Shown here piece by piece: positions 25,699 to 32,000 of a stretch of 32,000 nucleotides of DNA. How positions within the stretch are numbered: the stretch's first letter is position 1; every line of letters starts with the position of its first letter. Source of the DNA: Candidatus Heimdallarchaeota archaeon (GTDB lineage: Archaea; Asgardarchaeota; Heimdallarchaeia; Heimdallarchaeales; Heimdallarchaeaceae); the NCBI GenBank assembly GCA_030668875.1, contig DAOVER010000026.1, forward strand, positions 9,222 to 41,221. Reading direction: 5' to 3'. A program made the position numbers and the translations under genes. The notes beneath the pieces are model-generated. The model saw nothing but the letters and a program-made list of their open reading frames with translations. It searched no databases and had not been told where the DNA came from.

Positions 25699-26811
25699 CT
25701 AGTCGTTTTCAACTACATCAGCTACTCCATCACTTGTTATTGCGAATATGGTTTCAATCTCTGGGATGTGGGGGCTATCTATCACTCTAGCAATCCTTTT
25801 CTCTCCTTTTCCTTTTCGTAGAAAAACACGTGTTTGGCATGAATGAGCTACTATATGCCCTCCTATTGGAAAGGTTGTTTCACCATACAAGACATCAGGC
25901 TTTGATAGTACTTGGTTAGTTGCTACTATTGCAATGTCATAAACCTCAGCTAAACGTAACAGCTGATGTAAGTATTTGTTTAATTTCTGTTGCCTTTCAA
26001 GCAACGATCCTCTTCCTGCATACTCAGCTCTAAAATGGCTGGTGAGAGAATCAATAATCATTAATTTAACATTATTTTCTTTAATCAATTTAGGGCTCTC
26101 GAGTAGTAGAACCATTTGATGATCAGAGTTATATGCTCTTCCAACATGTATGTTGCTCAGAACTTCTTCTGCTGGTGCTCCAAACTTGTTGCACATCTGA
26201 ATAATCCTTTCAGGTCTAAAGGTTCCTTCAGTATCAATATAGATTGCACCTGAACCTAATCCGCCATATTTTTTGTCCATAACCGTTATAACACATAATT
26301 GAAAACAAATTTGTGTTTTACCAGTTCGAAATTCACCAGAAATTTCTGTTAAGGAACTTGTTTCGACTCCTCCTGCAAGTAAAGTATCAAGAGATTTACT
26401 TCCAGTGGGAATTTTAACTAGTTTTTGTCGAGTTTCAAGCATATTTTTAGCACTTTGAAATCCAATACCTATCTGACTTCTTGCAGCTGTTATTAACCTC
26501 TTTGCAGTTTGTTCTCCGATTTCGCAATGTTCTACTAGTTCCATAGGTGATGCATGAGCTACTGCTGCCAAAGTTAAGTAACCAGAAGTTATCAGTTTTT
26601 CCGCTATTGCAGGACCTATACCCGGAATCTGATTGACAGCTATGTCACTTAAATCTTGCTTTTTTTGTTGTTTTGTAGCTGGTTTTGTTTGTTTAGGGAT
26701 GATATCCTTGATCCAGTCTTCATCTTTTTTATCACTCTTTTTTATTACAGATGACTTTTTTGCTGTATTGGTCTTTTTTGTAATTTCTGGATTACTTTCT
26801 TTCTTTGACAT
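25699..26811 (-). CDS. radA: DNA repair and recombination protein RadA
   Basis: HhH N-terminal domain (IPGIGPAIAEKL), GFQSA polymerisation motif, Walker A GEFRTGKT, IDTEGTFRPER, Walker B IIDS, and GGHIVAH. Confidence 0.97.
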   Translation of the reverse strand: MSKKESNPEITKKTNTAKKSSVIKKSDKKDEDWIKDIIPKQTKPATKQQKKQDLSDIAVNQIPGIGPAIAEKLITSGYLTLAAVAHASPMELVEHCEIGEQTAKRLITAARSQIGIGFQSAKNMLETRQKLVKIPTGSKSLDTLLAGGVETSSLTEISGEFRTGKTQICFQLCVITVMDKKYGGLGSGAIYIDTEGTFRPERIIQMCNKFGAPAEEVLSNIHVGRAYNSDHQMVLLLESPKLIKENNVKLMIIDSLTSHFRAEYAGRGSLLERQQKLNKYLHQLLRLAEVYDIAIVATNQVLSKPDVLYGETTFPIGGHIVAHSCQTRVFLRKGKGEKRIARVIDSPHIPEIETIFAITSDGVADVVEND

Positions 26812-26913
26812 GCTTTCACTTTCTCTTCTCGCTATTAGACAATTTTGTTTTCACTATATAAAAAATGCTGTTACAATATTACTTTTACTACCAAACTGAA
26901 ACCAATATTAGCA

Positions 26914-27390
26914 TTATCTCTCATTTTGATATGTACCAGAATAGCCATCTCTTGTTTCTGTTTGAGTTTTAATGAAAATTATCTGAGCAATTCGTGCATT
27001 TTTGTGGAAAGTTATTTCTGCATAAGTTATCATTAACCCTATTCCTCTTCCTTTATAACCAGGATCCCAAACTGCTGAACACAAAGTCCCTCCTGTTCTC
27101 ATAAGACTAGACCGAGGTAGAACTATTCCAACAGCATCTAAAGGAACTTCCACAATTTCATTATATCTGACAAGATACCCACCTTGCTTAAGATTCCATT
27201 TATTATTAATGGGTTCAATGGTTTCATGATCAGGGATTTTTCTGTTCGAATTATCGAAATCTAACTCCCCACCGTTACTTAGTTTCATGATATCACGAAT
27301 AGTCAAATCAAAACCAGATATTTGGGTTTGCAATTTTGAATCAATATATTCTTTGATAATGTTATCTTGAAAAGGTGGAAGAAATACCAT
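26914..27390 (-). CDS. dut: dUTPase (archaeal trimeric dUTPase/dCTP deaminase family)
   Basis: GFDLT, PRSSLMR, WDPGYKGRG, RIAQ and YSGTYQNE motifs. ATG 27390 is preferred because the longer start (27453) overlaps the upstream gene. Confidence 0.85.
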   Translation of the reverse strand: MVFLPPFQDNIIKEYIDSKLQTQISGFDLTIRDIMKLSNGGELDFDNSNRKIPDHETIEPINNKWNLKQGGYLVRYNEIVEVPLDAVGIVLPRSSLMRTGGTLCSAVWDPGYKGRGIGLMITYAEITFHKNARIAQIIFIKTQTETRDGYSGTYQNER

Positions 27391-27427
27391 TAATAATATT
27401 TTAGAAGGTGTGTTTTTAACCTTTCCA

Positions 27428-28336
27428 CTATGATTGAAACATTCTCGCAACAAGTTTCTTTCTACAGTTTGGGCATTGAGGCTTAACTTTAATCCACTCT
27501 ACAATGTGAGAATAATGTGATGGAATTTCACAAAAAGGACATCGTACGAAACTTTCACCAGCTTTTATGGGTGACATGCATACACTGCATCTTTCATCTA
27601 AATCTGTTGTAGCAACTTTCAGTGGTTGAGTTCCTCTAAAAACTTGCTGTGTTTCAGGTTCTTCCTCAATTTCGACTTTTTCACTAACTTCTGAAGCTAT
27701 AATTTCAAGTTCTTCAAGACTTTTTTGAGTTTCCAAAGTTTCATCTACGCCAGCTGTTTCTCCAATTGTTGTTACTTCAACTATGCCTGATGGAGCTATA
27801 TCTGCAATAGATTTTCCAATAGTTGCTAAAACAGCATTTGCTTCGTCGGTTAAACCCTTTTCAAAGAGAATCATTGCTGATATTTCAGTTTCTCCACTGT
27901 CAAAGAAATAACGAGATAGGTTTCTAACCATTTCCTCTTCTCGTTCAGGAGCATATCGAGTTATAATCTGCAAAGCATCTGGAACAAATTCTCTACCTTT
28001 TGCAGCAACTGATTTACTTGCTCCGAAAATTCTGCCGGTTTTTAAATATTCTTCCTTAGCTCTATCATACATCCCTGCTCTAAAATATTCATCTGCACTA
28101 GCATAAGCTGCACGAGATTCTTCTGGAGTTCTAGCATAAGGAGATGAATTTGATGATCTTGAATTGGTAGCCAGTGAAACGGGACTATACGTTTGGGGTT
28201 GTGTTGTAGGTTGATAAGGACGATATCTCCTCTTTGGTGTTTTTTGTTTCTTTCTTCCTTTGATAGCTGCTTTTGCTGCCACTATAAGGGATATTGTTAT
28301 GAATACCAGAAATATTAGAAGTCCCCATTCAACCAT
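27428..28336 (-). CDS. Membrane-anchored protein with helical repeats and a C-terminal RING finger
   Basis: N-terminal TM helix (WGLLIFLVFITISLIVAA), basic and Pro/Ser-rich linker, helical segment (ADEYFRAGMYDRAKEEYLKTG) and CSVC-x12-CPFC-x4-H-x2-H-x3-W-x5-CPNC at 27464-27589. Confidence 0.85.
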   Translation of the reverse strand: MVEWGLLIFLVFITISLIVAAKAAIKGRKKQKTPKRRYRPYQPTTQPQTYSPVSLATNSRSSNSSPYARTPEESRAAYASADEYFRAGMYDRAKEEYLKTGRIFGASKSVAAKGREFVPDALQIITRYAPEREEEMVRNLSRYFFDSGETEISAMILFEKGLTDEANAVLATIGKSIADIAPSGIVEVTTIGETAGVDETLETQKSLEELEIIASEVSEKVEIEEEPETQQVFRGTQPLKVATTDLDERCSVCMSPIKAGESFVRCPFCEIPSHYSHIVEWIKVKPQCPNCRKKLVARMFQS

Positions 28337-28342
28337 GTTTTA

Positions 28343-30085
28343 TCAACCATGAATATAGTTCATTTTTATTTTTTTATTAATGCGATTTACTTTCACATAT
28401 CCGAAGCGTTCAAGTTGTATTATCTCTCCTACTTCGAGCTTTTTAAGGTTTATCTCACCATAACCTTGAATTTTCTTCAAGCTATTCTTATCTATTCGAT
28501 TATTTAAATATAACATTTCGGGCTTAATGATTACAACAGGAACATACTCCGAAACCCATTGAATTCGAGGGGCATCTGATAACAATTCATTTCCTAGGAA
28601 TTCAGCTTTATATTCATTTTGAGATGTCTCTTCTATGATTTTAATATTACATAGATCTTTCAAACGAAGTATTTTTCCTTTCTTTAGTAATCCTCTATCA
28701 TCTCCACTTAAGTAGATAACATCTTTGACATTAATCTTCCTTTTTCCTAAAGAATCTATCTTTGGGTGATAGGAGATTTCTATTTCTTGAGTAGTAATAT
28801 TTGAAATTTTTACTTTAATTGGATCTTGAACAAAGAATAAGTGTTTTGAATTTGGTTCAATAAACTTTCTATTAATTGAGAATATTAGTGACCAGTCTAT
28901 ACTTGTAGCTGATTTGGTTGCTCCTATTCTTTTTACAATTTCTAGAAAAACTTCAGGCTGGATTCCTCGTTTCTTTAAAGCTTGATAGGTTACTAATCTA
29001 TAATCATCCCAGCCAGTTACAATTCCATCATTAACTAATTCTCTTATTTTTCTGCCTTGAGTTGGTGCGCCGATAATTTTAAACCTTCTATATTCTGTGA
29101 AATTTGGTGGAATGATTCCTAATTTCTTTGAGATTAAACTTTGAAGTTCCTCTCTCATTTTACCAAATTCACTACTTCGTAAAATGTGAGTTACACCCAT
29201 AATATTCTCCATGATTGGAGATTCAAAATCATACATCGGCCAAACGCTATATTTATCACCATGTATTGCATGTGGTAGTGATGATATTCTTAGTAGAACT
29301 GGATCTCGAAGTACATGATTCTTTGATTTCATGTCTCCTCGTAGTCTAACTACAGCTTCTCCATCTGCATATTCTCCCTTTAGCATTTTATCAAAAAGAT
29401 CTAAATTGATTTCATCAGTATTTTCAATGTTGCAGGAACAGACTTTACCTTGTTCTCTATGTTTGGACATTATTTCTCGAGAACATCTGCAAACATAAGC
29501 ATCATTGTTTTTTATAAGTTCTTCAGCTTTAGTGTAATAAAGTTCCATATAATCAGAAGCGCGAACCTCTTCTTCGATCTTCAAACCCATCCAAAGAATA
29601 GCTTCTCTAAAACTTTCATAGAATTCTTTTCCCACTTTCCCTGGATTGGTATCATCAAACCTCAGAATACGTTTTCCACCAAATCTCTCAGCAATAAGGT
29701 GATTTATACAGAAAGACAGCATTTGTCCTATGTGAGGGTGTTTGGACGGCTCTGGAGGATATCTAACCACTACTTTACCTTGTTCTACATTGGTAAGAGG
29801 TGGGAGAAAATCTCTTTCCTTCTTCTCTTCAATTATATCATCAGGATATTTTTCTTTGACTATTCTCTCTATCTCCTCTTGAGGGATAGCATTAATCTCC
29901 TTTATCATTGAATCTACTATCGGCTTCAATTCCTTAGCTTGTTTTCTTAATTCTGGATAATAAGACATAATTTTCTGAAAAACAATTTTAGATTCAGCGG
30001 CACCGTATTTGTATGCATTGATCAAGGTTTCTTTATAGATAATATCCTTAGCATTCATCGGTATGTTAATCGTAGATTTTTTCAT
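28343..30085 (-). CDS. gltX: Glutamate--tRNA ligase (archaeal type)
   Basis: RYPPEPS..PHIGQ, RFDDTNP, YVCRC, RDPV..R, WPMYDF, GWDDYRL and QLERFGY. Confidence 0.92.
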   Translation of the reverse strand: MKKSTINIPMNAKDIIYKETLINAYKYGAAESKIVFQKIMSYYPELRKQAKELKPIVDSMIKEINAIPQEEIERIVKEKYPDDIIEEKKERDFLPPLTNVEQGKVVVRYPPEPSKHPHIGQMLSFCINHLIAERFGGKRILRFDDTNPGKVGKEFYESFREAILWMGLKIEEEVRASDYMELYYTKAEELIKNNDAYVCRCSREIMSKHREQGKVCSCNIENTDEINLDLFDKMLKGEYADGEAVVRLRGDMKSKNHVLRDPVLLRISSLPHAIHGDKYSVWPMYDFESPIMENIMGVTHILRSSEFGKMREELQSLISKKLGIIPPNFTEYRRFKIIGAPTQGRKIRELVNDGIVTGWDDYRLVTYQALKKRGIQPEVFLEIVKRIGATKSATSIDWSLIFSINRKFIEPNSKHLFFVQDPIKVKISNITTQEIEISYHPKIDSLGKRKINVKDVIYLSGDDRGLLKKGKILRLKDLCNIKIIEETSQNEYKAEFLGNELLSDAPRIQWVSEYVPVVIIKPEMLYLNNRIDKNSLKKIQGYGEINLKKLEVGEIIQLERFGYVKVNRINKKIKMNYIHG

Positions 30086-30170
30086 GTTTAAATATATGAT
30101 TATTGTGAAGACCTTTCAACAATTGTTAGCAAGTTTCTTAAACTAAAGCCGAAGGTGAAGTTTTCAAATT

Positions 30171-30500
30171 TTAAGAAATCGAACCTGTTGGATGAATAGC
30201 TAACTGCTCCTTTTCTAGAACTTTTTCACTTTCTCTTAGAATATTTAATTGACTAATGATGTTTTTACTTATTCTAATTTGGTGTTTATCTATTTGAATT
30301 TTTGAACAAAGTAATCCGCGATTGCATGATCCTTTACCAAAATAGATCTCTTTTTTAGTATCATAGTAAAGAGACCCCCCTTTACTTGGACAATTGCATA
30401 CTTCTAAAAATACGGGAGAGTTGTTGTAACCATGATGTGTCTTAATTCTAGCTATAGCTTTTTCCAACTTGAAGCTGAGAAATGTGTCCTTGGTACTCAT
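30171..30500 (-). CDS. Hypothetical protein with a Cys cluster
   Basis: Open frame; ATG 30500 is preferred over TTG 30530. Contains CNC-x21-C-x5-C. Confidence 0.6.
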   Translation of the reverse strand: MSTKDTFLSFKLEKAIARIKTHHGYNNSPVFLEVCNCPSKGGSLYYDTKKEIYFGKGSCNRGLLCSKIQIDKHQIRISKNIISQLNILRESEKVLEKEQLAIHPTGSIS

Positions 30501-30658
30501 ATTAATCAGTATACTCTGATGTTTGTACAATATGTTCTTTTGTAATATCTGGAAATTATACTTGTCATGTCCCAGATAAATTCGAGATATTATCCAGGTA
30601 AACTTCCACCTATTCTATTTCATGGGTAAACTATTAAAATCCATTCAAATATAAGCAT

Positions 30659-31366
30659 TTGAGGATACTTAAATTGTGGTTTGCAAAAATATCTGGTGTT
30701 ACAAATTTCGATGCTGCTTTATCGGTAGATGTATCTTCGGAATTTGCAATAGGTGTTATAATTGATGATATAACTGATGTTAGGTCTATTAGTAAATTTG
30801 ATGCAAGACGAATATTTGCCAATATTGATTATTGTGTTAAAATCGCTCAGGTTACACCTAGTTCACTTGATGAGATATTTGATACGCTTGAAACATGCCA
30901 GCCAAACATGATTCAGATAAATGGTGATTTCTTCCACAACTCGAATAACCTAATCTCCTTGCAATCTCTTGCAACAGTTCCAATTATAGGCTCCATTTTT
31001 CTTAATAAAGAATCCTTAGAATCCAACATTATCAATCCTTCTCCTCTAATAGCTGCTCAAGAGTTAGCACCTTATGTTTCAGTTGTCAACATCAATCTTC
31101 CATTAGGTTCATCGTGGAGTTCACAGAAGAAAAAAGCTGAAGTAATTGATTTAATTACAAAAATGAAGAACTTGATTGATAAACCATTAATTATTGGTGG
31201 AGGTTTAGATTCATCCAATGTAGGAAAGATAATTCCAGATCTCACACCTAATGCAATCGATGTTTCATCTGGAGTTGAAAAAGTGTCAGGTATAAAAGAT
31301 CCTGAACTAATGCAAAATTTCCTTGAAACCGTTTTTAATTACAAGTCATATCTTTCAGGAGTTTGA
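30659..31366 (+). CDS. trpF: Phosphoribosylanthranilate isomerase (TrpF)-like TIM barrel with substituted catalytic residues
   Basis: KISGVT (canonical KICG), IQING (QLHG), IIGGGL..SNV, and IDVSSGVEKVSGIKD. Confidence 0.75.
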   Translation: MRILKLWFAKISGVTNFDAALSVDVSSEFAIGVIIDDITDVRSISKFDARRIFANIDYCVKIAQVTPSSLDEIFDTLETCQPNMIQINGDFFHNSNNLISLQSLATVPIIGSIFLNKESLESNIINPSPLIAAQELAPYVSVVNINLPLGSSWSSQKKKAEVIDLITKMKNLIDKPLIIGGGLDSSNVGKIIPDLTPNAIDVSSGVEKVSGIKDPELMQNFLETVFNYKSYLSGV

Positions 31367-31406
31367 TACAATTTATTTAAAAACGTGACAAAATTACACG
31401 TATATT

Positions 31407-32000
31407 TCAGAATAACGACTTGAAGAATTTCCAGATGACTTTTTTATTTATTTTTGATTCACCATAATTTCTTGTACCAAACACATAATTAACATTATTT
31501 ACCTCTAGCTTGGTTTTGTGTATTTTCAAGAAATCGAATAGAACTTTGTATCCTTCCAATATGAAATCTTTTCTATGGTTAGAGATAGTTTGTTTCCAGG
31601 TATTAGTTTCTGAGGCAAATAAACCTGACATTATGTCTTTTACTCTATTTCTCCTTCTGATTATTAAAGAAAAACTACCTAACCATCTAGCAACATATGA
31701 CATAAGTTTACGATGAATTGGCCACTTTCCAATCACTTCCACTCTATTTCCTGCCACTAGATTAAACCCTTCTTCTAGTTTTTTGTAAAATTGTGGTAGT
31801 GATTCTGCAGGATGTTGTAAATCCCCATCCATAACAAGAAAATAGTTGGTTTTACAATTCATTATTGCATCTAGAACACTTATCGTTAATCCATGAACTA
31901 GCTCAGATTTTCTATCAATAAACTTCACACTTATGTCTCCCTCAAAATCCTCTACAAGTATCTTTGTTTTATCTTCTGAGCCATCATCAGCTACTATTAC
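31407..32000 (-). CDS. GT2 glycosyltransferase (polyprenol/dolichol-phosphate mannosyltransferase-like), 5' end beyond the window
   Basis: The frame stays open to 32000, giving VIVADDGSEDKTK upstream of the track start. It also has VMDGDLQHP (DxD) and R..GESK. Confidence 0.88.
   Translation of the reverse strand, partial: VIVADDGSEDKTKILVEDFEGDISVKFIDRKSELVHGLTISVLDAIMNCKTNYFLVMDGDLQHPAESLPQFYKKLEEGFNLVAGNRVEVIGKWPIHRKLMSYVARWLGSFSLIIRRRNRVKDIMSGLFASETNTWKQTISNHRKDFILEGYKVLFDFLKIHKTKLEVNNVNYVFGTRNYGESKINKKVIWKFFKSLF

Noticed and set aside
12762-28336. Functional link between the Top6A Ubl and the RING protein
   Set aside because: They are about 14 kb apart in different transcription units, and nothing in the sequence connects them.
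29450-29911. 153-aa plus-strand ORF
   Set aside because: It is antisense to gltX, with F/I/S-rich shadow composition and no motifs.
31407-31928. The 173-aa track ORF as a complete or truncated pseudogene
   Set aside because: The frame continues to the window edge with the DDGS motif, so the gene is cut by the window and not disrupted.

Overview
AT-rich archaeal DNA, most likely from an Asgard archaeon. This is inferred from archaeal RadA, Alba, Topo VI, DGGGP synthase and GluRS occurring together with eukaryotic-signature proteins (a Rab-like GTPase, a RING protein and a ubiquitin-like domain). The standout is an unusual DNA topoisomerase VI operon. Top6B is a single 4209-aa ORF: an intact ~540-aa GHKL/H2TH/transducer core, ~3550 aa of roughly 50 (counted by eye) diverged helix-hairpin-helix (alphaCTD/RadA-NTD-like) modules, and a Lys-rich histone-H1-like tail containing a PIP-box-like motif (KQMTLMDM). 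The overlapping Top6A carries an N-terminal ubiquitin-like domain (10/16 identity to ubiquitin residues 50-65). Both catalytic cores resemble plant-type Topo VI. Downstream are alba, a CPBP protease/Rab-like GTPase/HEAT-repeat cluster, a degenerate FAD oxidoreductase, a TIGR04076-like protein and a two-ORF islet with a PD-(D/E)XK-like motif and a possible -1 frameshift. These are followed by DGGGP synthase, a 54-aa ORF missed by the ORF track, a coiled-coil/wHTH protein, radA, dUTPase, a membrane-anchored RING protein, a divergent gltX, a TrpF-like protein lacking its catalytic residues and a GT2 glycosyltransferase cut by the window edge. No rRNA, tRNA, CRISPR array or transposase was recognised. 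All family calls come from motif recognition by eye; no searches were run.
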